Virus record (IMG/VR): IMGVR_UViG_3300031851_000011
From: an uncultured virus (IMG/VR IMGVR_UViG_3300031851_000011)
Lineage: Duplodnaviria; Heunggongvirae; Uroviricota; Caudoviricetes
Direction: 5' to 3' (one strand)
Length of the DNA: 64,000 nucleotides
Below, piece after piece: positions 19,353-28,948 of this stretch. Positions within the stretch are counted from its first letter, which is position 1. The number at the start of each line of letters is the position of its first letter. Under the pieces are notes generated by a model that made no database searches, was not told the DNA's origin, and worked only from the letters and a program-made list of their open reading frames with translations. The translations under genes were made by a program, and so were the position numbers.

Positions 19353-19718
19353 TCAATGATAGTTCTGTTCCGTGCATTTTGTTTGTTCGTATAGTTCAAT
19401 AATCTCTTGCTTCGTCAATATGATACTACTACAATTGCCACTTTGTGACCATGTTTTATTAACGACAAAACCATTATCGCAGGGGGTCATTGTAACTTCA
19501 TTTTTGCAAGCTTCCTCTTCGTCTAACACCTTTTTAATCTCATGTTTTACCCACAGGATGTCATTAAATAGATAATCAAAAATGTAATCGTGAATACATG
19601 AAGGAACTCCATCGATAAATTCCTCGTATATGCTATCGCATTTATTCTGTAATATACCGATTGTGTTTTTTCTTTCGTCTAGTTCTTCTAATTTGGTCAT
19701 AATAGTTGCATCTTTCAC
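19353..19718 (-). CDS. hypothetical protein
   Basis: ORF immediately after TTGACA..TATAAT promoter; start may be the internal ATG (MTKLEE). Confidence 0.6.
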   Translation of the reverse strand: MKDATIMTKLEELDERKNTIGILQNKCDSIYEEFIDGVPSCIHDYIFDYLFNDILWVKHEIKKVLDEEEACKNEVTMTPCDNGFVVNKTWSQSGNCSSIILTKQEIIELYEQTKCTEQNYH

Positions 19719-19783
19719 CCAATTATATGTGAAAAAAAACTTTTTGTCAAGACGATTTTGTAAATAAAAAAACCGTGCAGAAT

Positions 19784-20125
19784 TTAAAAATTGCGCTCTT
19801 TAAGCCTTTGATTCCACAACTGAGAATCTTCAATGACATGATTGTTGATATTTTTAAACCAACCCAAATGACCAACAAGAAGATGACAGTCGATTCCGTA
19901 TTTTTTGCGCCGACAAAGAGTTATTAAATTATCAGTATCTAATTCTAACTCAGGGTGAGTGTGAAATGGCTTAATGTGATGAACCTGAAGTTTTTTCACG
20001 CCGCCGCAACAAGCACAGACAGGGTTGCTTTTTAAAAATTCTTTGCGAACACTACTCCACTTTGGAGAACGTTTCGCTGACAGGGGGGCTTTACCTTGTA
20101 AGGTATCGGTAATTCTTTCAATCAT
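19784..20125 (-). CDS. HNH endonuclease
   Basis: CACCG..LQVHHIKP..NLITLC..CHLLVGH; ATG 20125 is 8 nt from GTGTAA. Confidence 0.85.
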   Translation of the reverse strand: MIERITDTLQGKAPLSAKRSPKWSSVRKEFLKSNPVCACCGGVKKLQVHHIKPFHTHPELELDTDNLITLCRRKKYGIDCHLLVGHLGWFKNINNHVIEDSQLWNQRLKERNF

Positions 20126-20236
20126 AAAGATCCTTACACCAAAACTAATGATGTAATTAACAGCGCGATATTCTATAAGACAAAAAAACTCACGCGCCAA
20201 AACAGCGGTGAGTATTTGATTAAAAATTAATTTAAA

Positions 20237-20344
20237 CTATTTTTTGTTATGATTGTAGACCGCTCGCAATGTCAAAGAGTAAAGAACTCCGAACATTATA
20301 ACCCAAAAACCAGCATGAATATATTGTGAGATTATGGCGAGCAT
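20237..20344 (-). CDS. 35 aa membrane peptide
   Basis: Manual translation MLAIISQYIHAGFWVIMFGVLYSLTLRAVYNHNKK. Confidence 0.35.
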   Translation of the reverse strand: MLAIISQYIHAGFWVIMFGVLYSLTLRAVYNHNKK

Positions 20345-20357
20345 GATTCAGTGTTAG

Positions 20358-20744
20358 TTAGTATTCAACAGAGATGGTTGGCTTGCGTACTTCGTAAGAT
20401 TCACCAAGACCGAGGGTTTCTAAAGCCGCTTTAAATTTGCCAGCATCCGCGAATGGAGGTAAGTGACCTTTTTTATGCTCCATTAAAGATTGACTCATGT
20501 AAGCCATGTCTTCACGCATGTATTTCATTTCATAAGCAAACTCTTTTCTCATGTAACCTAGGTCGTCATAAGTGGGTTTAGCCTCCTGCTCTTGTGTAGC
20601 TGGTTCATCGTAAGAAGAGGCGTAAGATATTTCATACGTCCCATCTTCAAGTTGTGAACTTTCTGCTTGGAAACCTAGTTTATTTCCATCATCAACCGCT
20701 GATTGAGCAACAGCCTCACTTAGTATCTTAAAAGTCTTCTTCAT
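20358..20744 (-). CDS. hypothetical protein
   Basis: 128 aa; GTGTAA 10 nt upstream. Confidence 0.7.
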   Translation of the reverse strand: MKKTFKILSEAVAQSAVDDGNKLGFQAESSQLEDGTYEISYASSYDEPATQEQEAKPTYDDLGYMRKEFAYEMKYMREDMAYMSQSLMEHKKGHLPPFADAGKFKAALETLGLGESYEVRKPTISVEY

Positions 20745-20759
20745 GGGTTTAAAATTACA

Positions 20760-20975
20760 CTATTTATTTAAGTTGTCCACCTTTTTTAAAAACTCCTGAT
20801 AGGTTATTTTTGCAAAATCGTCAGTAAATGAATCTTTCAGGTTGTCAACGGCTTCTTCCACAACCCATTCTGAAAAAGTTTTCTTTTCAAAAATGCGCCG
20901 AAAGTTATCGCGCCCTTGCTTGCTATAACCGCGAGATTTAATTTCATCGTTTGTTATTGGATTTCGACTAGCCAT
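20760..20975 (-). CDS. hypothetical protein
   Basis: MASRNPITNDEIKS; TTGTTA-N17-TATAAT 5 nt upstream. Confidence 0.7.
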   Translation of the reverse strand: MASRNPITNDEIKSRGYSKQGRDNFRRIFEKKTFSEWVVEEAVDNLKDSFTDDFAKITYQEFLKKVDNLNK

Positions 20976-21048
20976 AAATCATTATATTGCAAAAAAAGAA
21001 AAATAACAACAAGAAGTGTAAACATGTATGTATTTAAAAAGCTTTAAA

Positions 21049-21077
21049 TTGATATTAAATAAAAAACAGCTTATAAT
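21049..21077 (+). promoter_or_regulatory. sigma70-type promoter, divergent from the promoter at 20981-21009
   Basis: TTGATA-N17-TATAAT, 5 nt before GTG 21083. Confidence 0.7.
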
Positions 21078-21082
21078 TAGTA

Positions 21083-21376
21083 GTGAAAACAATAGTTAAG
21101 AAAATAATAACTCTGGAAACAAAAAGACACGATTTTGATAACCAGTTTGCTTATATTGAAATTTGGTCAAACACCGTTCTAAAAGATTGTTACTTTTGTG
21201 AAAAGGAATTTTTGTTTAAGGACGGATCTTTAAAAGATGGTGCTGTAAAGTATTTTCACAGCTTAAATCAAGAAGACCCAGAAAAGACAATAAAAACAAT
21301 TTCATGCGAAAAATTTAAAGAGTTCGGAGATTTATATTACATAGACGGAGGCGGCGAAATTAAAAGATATTTCTAG
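21083..21376 (+). CDS. hypothetical protein
   Basis: 97 aa ORF with promoter. Confidence 0.6.
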   Translation: MKTIVKKIITLETKRHDFDNQFAYIEIWSNTVLKDCYFCEKEFLFKDGSLKDGAVKYFHSLNQEDPEKTIKTISCEKFKEFGDLYYIDGGGEIKRYF

Positions 21377-21379
21377 GGA

Positions 21380-22558
21380 ATGAGTGACACTTCGAAAACA
21401 CCAGAATCAAAAACATATAAACCAATTTTATATGTTCATCCTTTCTATCCTACTTTTTCTATTAAATCAGTCGAAGAAGGAGAAGCGCCGAAATATCAAG
21501 TTAGGTTTAACCAAGCTTATGTTTATGACCACCAAAACGATATAATTCACCCACCGATAGAGATTTCTGGGATGAATTCAACGTTCGAGATAGGGGATGG
21601 GGCAAAGAAATTTTACGTTTCCTTGTCTCTAGATGAAGGAAGAGCAGTAAACGCCGCATTAATGGAAACGGCGGGCGATGTTCCAGCATCTAGCGAAGAC
21701 GCTAAATACTTTCTTGTGTGCGAGATAGAAACAGACTTGACAATTAAGTCGTTCAAACTGAGAGAAAATATTCATTGGGGTTTCTCAAAACCGTCAGTTT
21801 TGACTGACCTCAACCAAGCTACGTATACTAAAAAGATAGCTAAACACAATGACGGAATTAAGGATTCTGAAGACGTAGACATTAATGAAACCGTAACCAA
21901 AATAGAGCTTAGTGACAATGGCTTTGTCTACACAGACGAAGAAGAGGAAGAGAACGAAATACCGTTTCCAGCCAACACAAAATCTACCCTCACCCCAGAG
22001 AGTCCATTACCTATGGAAGGTCGCAAGATAGCGGAACACAATGACGGCGGGGCGAACGGAGGAGTTACTAAAAGGATTTACGAACGTGTTACAACCATAG
22101 AGCTTGGTTCCGATGGCTTTATCTACACAGACGAGAAAGGGGACGAGAACGAAATACCGTTTCCAGCCACCACAAAATCTGTTGTCACCCCTGAAGATTT
22201 ATCCCCTATGGACGGTCACAAGATAGCGACACACAATGACGGCGGGGCGGGGGGAGGAGTTGATCAAGACATTGACGAAACTGTTACAACCATAGAGCCA
22301 CATGCGGGAAACAGCATGTCGCTAAGTTCTGATTATTTTACATACATAGACGAGAAGGGAGACGAAACACAGGTGTTCTTTCCAGACGCAGGAGGTTTAC
22401 CTGCGGGATCGGCTGGAGATATGCTGTATCACAACGGCGTTGATTGGGTGACATTGGCGGCTCCAACTCCAGCCGAGTTAGCCGCATTTTATGGCGACCC
22501 TGTTTTACACCACGATGGGACCGCTCCGTATTGGGGACAAGATGATTACTATTTGTAA
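21380..22558 (+). CDS. acidic repeat protein, probably virion-associated
   Basis: Three ~60-65 aa repeats KIAxHNDG..ETVTTIE..FxYxDE; C-terminal GSAGDMLYHNGVDWV fibre-like motif. Confidence 0.65.
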   Translation: MSDTSKTPESKTYKPILYVHPFYPTFSIKSVEEGEAPKYQVRFNQAYVYDHQNDIIHPPIEISGMNSTFEIGDGAKKFYVSLSLDEGRAVNAALMETAGDVPASSEDAKYFLVCEIETDLTIKSFKLRENIHWGFSKPSVLTDLNQATYTKKIAKHNDGIKDSEDVDINETVTKIELSDNGFVYTDEEEEENEIPFPANTKSTLTPESPLPMEGRKIAEHNDGGANGGVTKRIYERVTTIELGSDGFIYTDEKGDENEIPFPATTKSVVTPEDLSPMDGHKIATHNDGGAGGGVDQDIDETVTTIEPHAGNSMSLSSDYFTYIDEKGDETQVFFPDAGGLPAGSAGDMLYHNGVDWVTLAAPTPAELAAFYGDPVLHHDGTAPYWGQDDYYL

Positions 22559-23259
22559 TTCAATAACCTATACAGCAAGGTGTTTTCTTTTTCTTGTTGA
22601 TTTATCTTGTTATACATGCGGCAATTTCTGTCAAACAAATGCACTAAACTAGGGTTAGCGTTCATTACGCATTCTGGGTCTAAATCCATCAGTAATTTTT
22701 GCACACGATAGCTTCCAAAGAACTCCATTCTTGTTTCGTAACCATTAATTACTTCGATATTTTGTATCCAAGATTCTCGTTTCGCTTTTTTAAGGAGATT
22801 AACGCCGAAAGGTAATTTACCCCAAGTTGGTTTTGGTTGTTGGATTACTTTATGATTGTGTTGCGACCACCTTTTATAAAAGGCGCATTCTGTTGACGCG
22901 CCAAGAATTGCGTTATTGATACCCATTCTATATTGCATGGGAACCCCAACAATAAAACCGCTTTTATTTTTAATAGTTTGAAAAAGGTGATCGAACTTTT
23001 TGAAGGAAATAACGTCTTTATCTAACCAAATCCCACCATATTTAACCAAAAGTTCAATGCGTATAAAATCACTGATATCAATAACATGAGTGGCATTGTT
23101 GAAACAGTCTGGAAGATCAAGATGATCACGTATAGATTTTTCATCTAGTTCGAAAAGGTGGTAGCCATTATCCGAACAAACTTGTCTAAGCCGTTTTTCA
23201 AGATCAATGATTAAATCTGTTTTTTGCCCCTGCCAATATGTAAATACGTTTTTTTTCAT
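22549..23259 (-). CDS. GT32-like / capsular polysaccharide synthesis glycosyltransferase
   Basis: FTYWQG, SDFIRIELLVKYGGIWLDKD. Confidence 0.85.
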   Translation of the reverse strand: MKKNVFTYWQGQKTDLIIDLEKRLRQVCSDNGYHLFELDEKSIRDHLDLPDCFNNATHVIDISDFIRIELLVKYGGIWLDKDVISFKKFDHLFQTIKNKSGFIVGVPMQYRMGINNAILGASTECAFYKRWSQHNHKVIQQPKPTWGKLPFGVNLLKKAKRESWIQNIEVINGYETRMEFFGSYRVQKLLMDLDPECVMNANPSLVHLFDRNCRMYNKINQQEKENTLLYRLLNYK

Positions 23260-23927
23260 TGAGCTTCTTTAATAGGATGATATATTTGTTTCTCGCCAGA
23301 GAAATTCATTGTCGAATGATGAACGAATGGTAGGTCGATTTGCCCAATCCTTGCTCCTTCGATACTTGCGACTGTAGGAAATCTCATTTCACTAATTATA
23401 TTCTTTGAATAAACTTTGTCCCATCTTTTTTTACATACAGCGTCTAATACACATCGCCTCATTAAGAAACAACCCAACGAAACTAAACCACAAGCTTGTT
23501 CTCCCTTATTCAATTCTAATAGCGGAATTTCTCTCCACCACCACCAGTTGTCTGGAGTCCACTTTGGGTCTTCTTGGCTTCTGCACCTCCATTTGCCTCT
23601 TAGATGAAATGGTTCTTTCATGTATTGAGCGCCAACTAGATCGAACTCTTCTGGAACTTCAGGAATCGCGCAATTAACTAAAGTATCCCATTCAATCACG
23701 GCAACATTTTCTGTTTCAACTAGATTAGAGTTTTCCAGCCACCACTTTCTAAGTGGTTGATCGCCATTGCGCCAATTATATCTTTTGCCTTTTGGGTGAT
23801 CTTCTCCAACAACTATATGCACATTGCATTGTGGGTTGTTTTGTTTGAAGACCTCTAGATGCGGAGTTAAGACTTCGCCGCTGGCTTTGTTTTTATGGCT
23901 TAATATTAGGCAAGTATAGTTAAACAT
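23256..23927 (-). CDS. putative GT-A fold glycosyltransferase
   Basis: VAVIEWDTLV (ExD), SEMRFPT, YHPIK; DUF3405-like; inside GT cluster. Confidence 0.5.
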   Translation of the reverse strand: MFNYTCLILSHKNKASGEVLTPHLEVFKQNNPQCNVHIVVGEDHPKGKRYNWRNGDQPLRKWWLENSNLVETENVAVIEWDTLVNCAIPEVPEEFDLVGAQYMKEPFHLRGKWRCRSQEDPKWTPDNWWWWREIPLLELNKGEQACGLVSLGCFLMRRCVLDAVCKKRWDKVYSKNIISEMRFPTVASIEGARIGQIDLPFVHHSTMNFSGEKQIYHPIKEAQ

Positions 23928-23941
23928 ATTATTAGCAAGTA

Positions 23942-24682
23942 TTATTTATAAAGCAATATATTGCGTGTTTTCCACAGGTGCAAGAATCTTTGTGATTCGC
24001 GTCTATGAGGAATATTTTTATGAGTTTCAATTCTTTCTTCTAATTTTTCAATAACATTTTTGTTCCACTTGTAGTGTTGAACAATTAATACTTCATCATT
24101 AAAAGTAGAAACGGATTTTGCTTTTTCTGTAAGGTAGTGACTGCCGCCAGTTACATTTAAATCACCTCTTGTGATTGGAATTTTTCTGGTTTCGGCTCGC
24201 AATACAGATCGTGTTATGTCGTAAGTCAGCGGAAACTGTTCTGACAAAGTTGTGTCTTGTTTAATTTCTGGCAAAGACCCATCAATTGCAATTCTATCAA
24301 CCATTATGCCGCGACAACAGTTTTCACGATTGGTAATCATTTCTTCAATTTTGGTTTTTAGGTTTCCAGAATGACATTCTATATGTTCATCTATATCTAC
24401 ATTAATAATCCAATCATCGCTAGCGACCGCTAATTGTCTTAGTAATTTATGTTTATGCTCTTCGGAAAATTTAGCATTCCACTCGCCATAAGCAAAAAAC
24501 AAGCTAACATTATGAGCGCAATACTTTTTTTCAAAGTATTGTTCGTCAATATCTTCGTTTGCGTTGAAAATCAAATAACAATGATCTACGCCTTGGTCTT
24601 GATAGTATTTTAAAAAATGAGACACATATGCTTCATCGTAATAAGCGTGGCACATAGTAAGTGTTGCAATCATAAGTATTTT
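23942..24682 (-). CDS. GT2-like (Glyco_tranf_2_4) glycosyltransferase
   Basis: HFLKYYQDQGVD, WIINVDIDE, QHYKW. Confidence 0.75.
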   Translation of the reverse strand, partial: KILMIATLTMCHAYYDEAYVSHFLKYYQDQGVDHCYLIFNANEDIDEQYFEKKYCAHNVSLFFAYGEWNAKFSEEHKHKLLRQLAVASDDWIINVDIDEHIECHSGNLKTKIEEMITNRENCCRGIMVDRIAIDGSLPEIKQDTTLSEQFPLTYDITRSVLRAETRKIPITRGDLNVTGGSHYLTEKAKSVSTFNDEVLIVQHYKWNKNVIEKLEERIETHKNIPHRRESQRFLHLWKTRNILLYK

Positions 24683-25407
24683 CTCCTCCAAGGTTGTCTA
24701 GCCGAAAAATGACGAATGATTGTGTCTTTGGGCTGTGTTTTGTTGATGAATAGTGATTGAATCCTTGCGGCGCGTCTATTGTCAATTTCATCTTCTAATA
24801 GAGTGCAATCCCAAATTGGAGGTTTAACGTCAACGTGTTCTCGCAACTCTTCCAAAGAATACACTCCTGTATCGACAGAGTGAAATCCATAATCTCCCTG
24901 ATTCAAGTAAGACTGTTTACAAGAAGCATCAATCCCAGCCAAAGTATACCAAGCCGCCTGTTCTCTGAAAAACTTCCAGTGTCTTGTATGCTTATGAGTT
25001 TGATATAGGTTTTCGTCCAGAATGTCGTTTACAAGCTTCTTGCTCCAATCATTGATATTGATGCAGTAGTTTCCCATGCAATGGCTGTTACAGCTATCTA
25101 TGGCGTAAGAAAAGCTCTTGTCGGTCTTGTATTCAAGCTCTGGCTTAACAACAACCATGTCAGCATCGAAATTAACAATCGAGTCGCCGTCATTTAAAAT
25201 ACCTTTTTTAATCCACTCCTGCACAAGATAAAATTTCATCCAAGTGATATTACCTCGAAAATCGGGAATATCCCAATCGTGGTTTACTTCAATATATTGA
25301 ATGCCGTGACGATCACAGTAGTCGTTGTTTTTGGGCGCAATATAATCTTGATACATTTGCTGTATAGCATTGTTGTATCGCGCTATAACAAATAGATGCT
25401 TATCCAT
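24670..25407 (-). CDS. GT34-like glycosyltransferase
   Basis: YCDRHGIQY, WMKF, NFDADMVV, REQAAW, IIRHFS. Confidence 0.7.
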   Translation of the reverse strand: MDKHLFVIARYNNAIQQMYQDYIAPKNNDYCDRHGIQYIEVNHDWDIPDFRGNITWMKFYLVQEWIKKGILNDGDSIVNFDADMVVVKPELEYKTDKSFSYAIDSCNSHCMGNYCININDWSKKLVNDILDENLYQTHKHTRHWKFFREQAAWYTLAGIDASCKQSYLNQGDYGFHSVDTGVYSLEELREHVDVKPPIWDCTLLEDEIDNRRAARIQSLFINKTQPKDTIIRHFSARQPWRRKYL

Positions 25408-26053
25408 AATACTTCCTCATGTATTGGGTTCTGGATTGCGAATGGTCGGGCTGAGAGTGCAAGCCATTAAAAAAACCATCTTGACTCCTGAGCCTTCTCC
25501 TCATAAAGCTTGGCACGACTTTTTTATCTAAGAAAGAAGAGATAATAATATCGTCTTCTATCCTTGGGTTTTCGGTGCAAGCGTCAAATAAATCTTGTGG
25601 TATTCTTAAGTTTTGCTTTTTAGCAAATAAAAACCCGCCCTTTATGATATCAACTGTCTGATCTTGTCGAGCAAGGAAGATGTGTTTTTGGTCAAAGTAG
25701 TCTTTTGAATCGTCTATAATTCTAACGCCACTGTAACCAATAGCGTCACAATCATTTTTGTCAAGATAATCAATAGAATCCTCAATCATGCGGTTATCTG
25801 TAAAGAGCAGATCATCATCCAAGGAAAATACATAATCTGCGCTGGCGTAATTCGCCATGAACCACCTCCCCCAACACATCAAATTTTTCGAAGAGTTGAT
25901 TTGAAGTTCTACAGGATATTCTGTTTTATCTTCTGGATTATTATTCCATAAAAAAATATCAACATCGACAGATTGTTTACGCAAATTGTCGATAATCTTG
26001 CGTAGATTGTCTTGCCTTTCATAAGATGATAATAATGCTGTGGCAAGTTTCAT
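25400..26053 (-). CDS. GT2/GT64-like glycosyltransferase
   Basis: SYERQDNL, LWNNNP, VFSLDDDL, EDDIIIS. Confidence 0.75.
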   Translation of the reverse strand: MKLATALLSSYERQDNLRKIIDNLRKQSVDVDIFLWNNNPEDKTEYPVELQINSSKNLMCWGRWFMANYASADYVFSLDDDLLFTDNRMIEDSIDYLDKNDCDAIGYSGVRIIDDSKDYFDQKHIFLARQDQTVDIIKGGFLFAKKQNLRIPQDLFDACTENPRIEDDIIISSFLDKKVVPSFMRRRLRSQDGFFNGLHSQPDHSQSRTQYMRKYYG

Positions 26054-26562
26054 TATAATAACTCCATAGGTTCACTATATTCCTTATAAGGAATGAACAT
26101 ATGCTCGCAGTTGTTGAGCGCGTCTTGTAGTGTGATCATTGTCATTAGATCTTCTCGACCCCTTCTCGTATACCCCTTGTATAGACAATCCTTTGCTTTT
26201 GATACTGTATCCGATAGATCGCATAATTTTTGACCAGCTTTATACAAGTCAGAATTTTTAAAACATGCAAAGAACGCACCAAAATCAAAAGCAATCCAAT
26301 CAGGTTTTTCTTCATCATTACACCAACCCTTTTTCCCCTGTACGTTTTTCAACTCCAATAGAATAAAACCTTCTTTAGTGCTATCTTTGAGACCTTTGAC
26401 ATCGTATGTCTGCGAGTCCACAACAAAATCAACATGACCCATATCATCAGCTTTGGAGGTCTTCTTTACATCTTTACCTAAGACTTTACAGCTATCGTAA
26501 AAACGACGTTCGCCACTTTGACCTAGGTGTTGTGATTTGTGAATGTGTCGCGGTGACGACAT
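26053..26562 (-). CDS. PD-(D/E)XK family nuclease
   Basis: GQSGERRF, HVDFVV..YDVKG, LELKNVQGKKGW. Confidence 0.7.
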   Translation of the reverse strand: MSSPRHIHKSQHLGQSGERRFYDSCKVLGKDVKKTSKADDMGHVDFVVDSQTYDVKGLKDSTKEGFILLELKNVQGKKGWCNDEEKPDWIAFDFGAFFACFKNSDLYKAGQKLCDLSDTVSKAKDCLYKGYTRRGREDLMTMITLQDALNNCEHMFIPYKEYSEPMELL

Positions 26563-26572
26563 ATTTTTTGCT

Positions 26573-26893
26573 TTATGTGAAATCATAAGAATATTCTCCT
26601 GAGAAAAATTTGTTAGAGTTAAATGCTTTATCGTCAATCAAAGCGTCGAATGACATTTTATCCAAAAGAAGCTTCGTATATTTGGCTCCCCACTCTTCAA
26701 GCTGGCGTGTTGTGAGGTCTGTATAATCCTTACCAGACGTTCCTCCACGCGCCGTCCAGTAGATTATTTCCACTCCTTTGTCATACAGTTCATTAACAAA
26801 ATCAATGCGGTCGGTATACGGTTTAGCCATATTATAGTCACCATCTGTTAGACTGCATATTGTGCCGTCGATATCTACACAAACTCTTTTCAT
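26573..26893 (-). CDS. small HAD phosphatase (capsule-biosynthesis phosphatase-like)
   Basis: VDIDGT, WTARG, K..D..IDDK. Confidence 0.8.
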   Translation of the reverse strand: MKRVCVDIDGTICSLTDGDYNMAKPYTDRIDFVNELYDKGVEIIYWTARGGTSGKDYTDLTTRQLEEWGAKYTKLLLDKMSFDALIDDKAFNSNKFFSGEYSYDFT

Positions 26894-27396
26894 TTTATTT
26901 TTTTTATAATATTAGTTGAACTTATGCCTTCTACGAATGATTCAAAGCGAACATCAATACGGCAATTTCTGATTACTTCCTGCTCCTCCTTGTTTAGAGA
27001 GTTTATATTATAGTCCCCACCCTTAAACCAAATATCAGGCTTGATTTCCCTCAAGTATCGTTCAATGTTTGTTTCTGGAAAAATAAACACATAATCAACG
27101 CAAGCTAGGCTAGCTATGATGTAAGCCCTTTGATCGGCGGGAATAATCGGGCGGCTGTCACCCTTGAGACATTTGACGCTTTCATCGCTATTGATACCCA
27201 CAATCAATTTGCCGCCAATAATAGATGATTTGATCGAATTTAATAATCGGGCGTGACCAGCATGAAACAAATCAAAACAACCATTTGTTAAAGCGAGGGG
27301 AGGACAGATCCCAAATCCTCTCATGTCGTGGATTTGTTTAACTTCTTTTGTTAAATCTTCGTAAGATAGTATCTTATTGTGTTTCAAACTGTGCAT
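26890..27396 (-). CDS. hldC: D-glycero-beta-D-manno-heptose 1-phosphate adenylyltransferase (RfaE domain II)
   Basis: TNGCFDLFHAGH, VGINSDESV..LKG..RPI, KGGDY, FVEGISSTNIIKKI. Confidence 0.88.
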   Translation of the reverse strand: MHSLKHNKILSYEDLTKEVKQIHDMRGFGICPPLALTNGCFDLFHAGHARLLNSIKSSIIGGKLIVGINSDESVKCLKGDSRPIIPADQRAYIIASLACVDYVFIFPETNIERYLREIKPDIWFKGGDYNINSLNKEEQEVIRNCRIDVRFESFVEGISSTNIIKKIK

Positions 27397-28169
27397 ACTC
27401 CTTTTTTGGCTACAACGACACTACAGCATTTTTGAGAAAAGTCAAGAGCTTTTTCTACATCTAACGTTTTCATGTATTCATAAACAAAAGCCGCCAAGAA
27501 AGTGTCCCCCGCGCCAGAAACATCGAAAACCTGAGTAGCTTGACATGGATAGTCTTTGTTTTTGTAGCTACATCCTTTAGAGCCTTTGGTGATAATTAAT
27601 TGAGATTCATAGTCTTCATATAATTCACTGAAACCGTTTTCAGTAAACTCCTTTTCATTAATTTTTATAAAATCGAAACCAGAAAAATCAGAAGAACTGC
27701 GAGGATGTTTTTTTGTATCTATAAATAATTTAGCTTTGCTAGATTCCCGCGTTTTGTCAGCGATATAGTTTATATCATCATAACTCAAAAAACCCTTGTT
27801 GTAATCAGAAACAACGACAGCATCATAAATAGAAAAATCAATACTTTTAATGTTTTTAAATTTATTGCGCACATGATTTTCATCGTAAGAGTCTGTATCA
27901 ATACGCATAAGCATTTGATTCGACGATTCGTCAACAAAGCGAGTCTTGTGACCCTTGGTTAAGTTTGAATGTAAATGGCATTCAACGTCACTATCTTTTT
28001 TAAGTCCTGAAATAGCACAAATATTAAGTGTGACATTTCCAGCCATGCCTAGATGCGCCGTTTGTCGATTGGGGACAAAAACAGGAACGGGGGCTTCTGG
28101 GCAAATTCTATCAATAGACCCATAAACAAAAACATCTTTACAAGATTCCCCTATAACTAAAATATTCAT
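27384..28169 (-). CDS. hldA: heptose 7-phosphate kinase (RfaE domain I, PfkB family)
   Basis: RICPEAPVPV, GMAGNV, KTRF, VSDYNKG, DVSGAGDTF, VVAKKG. Confidence 0.88.
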   Translation of the reverse strand: MNILVIGESCKDVFVYGSIDRICPEAPVPVFVPNRQTAHLGMAGNVTLNICAISGLKKDSDVECHLHSNLTKGHKTRFVDESSNQMLMRIDTDSYDENHVRNKFKNIKSIDFSIYDAVVVSDYNKGFLSYDDINYIADKTRESSKAKLFIDTKKHPRSSSDFSGFDFIKINEKEFTENGFSELYEDYESQLIITKGSKGCSYKNKDYPCQATQVFDVSGAGDTFLAAFVYEYMKTLDVEKALDFSQKCCSVVVAKKGVCTV

Positions 28170-28558
28170 TTTTGAGAATCACCCTTGCCGATTCGATAGG
28201 AATCTTCATTAAAATGCTGTGTGCTAACCTCAAATACCATGCCTTTACCACTCTCACATTCAACACAGGTTAGTTTATGAGGGATGCTCGGCTCTAAATG
28301 AACTGTGTCACCCACATTTAAAATCGTTTTTGAAATATCAGCCGACTTAAGATCAAAATATTCCATTTCAAATACTCCCTGAACGACCATCCAAGTTTCC
28401 TCTTTTTTGATATGATAGTGCATGGAAAAAGAAGAGCCTTGATTAAACTCAAGTATTTTGCCGCAATACTTTTCATTGTTAACCACCCAAAGCTCACGAC
28501 CCCATGCCTTGTCATGCTGTTCAACCTTGCTGAATATTGGTTTTTTTGCCATACCCAT
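28166..28558 (-). CDS. cupin (sugar isomerase-like)
   Basis: KAWGRELW, SMHYHIKKEETW, PHKL, EVST..DSYR. Confidence 0.75.
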   Translation of the reverse strand: MGMAKKPIFSKVEQHDKAWGRELWVVNNEKYCGKILEFNQGSSFSMHYHIKKEETWMVVQGVFEMEYFDLKSADISKTILNVGDTVHLEPSIPHKLTCVECESGKGMVFEVSTQHFNEDSYRIGKGDSQK

Positions 28559-28616
28559 TATATATCAATATAGATAAAAAATCTAATTTTAAGAATCAAC
28601 TTAAAGAAAGTATTGT

Positions 28617-28916
28617 TTAAACTTTAATTGTTGTCGGCGCGAAGCTTTCTAACTCTTCACACAAGGAAAGAATTTCAGACTTTTTCATATTAGGGGCTAA
28701 ACTTCTTAATTTAGAAAGCTCTTTTTGAAAGAAAATAAACTCTTGATCTTGATCTATAATTTCTTTTGTGTGGGAATTTAAAATACATTCCTCAAAAACC
28801 TCAAAATAAAGTGGGTCGATTTGTTGCTCGATAGGGCAAAAATTAGTATTGCGCAACACATAGCGCAAAATATCATCTCTGGTGATTTTATGCAGGTTAA
28901 AAAAATCGTGTATCAT
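28617..28916 (-). CDS. hypothetical protein
   Basis: 99 aa ORF. Confidence 0.65.
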   Translation of the reverse strand: MIHDFFNLHKITRDDILRYVLRNTNFCPIEQQIDPLYFEVFEECILNSHTKEIIDQDQEFIFFQKELSKLRSLAPNMKKSEILSLCEELESFAPTTIKV

Positions 28917-28948
28917 GTTAATGATAATAAAACAATTTTAAGCAAATG

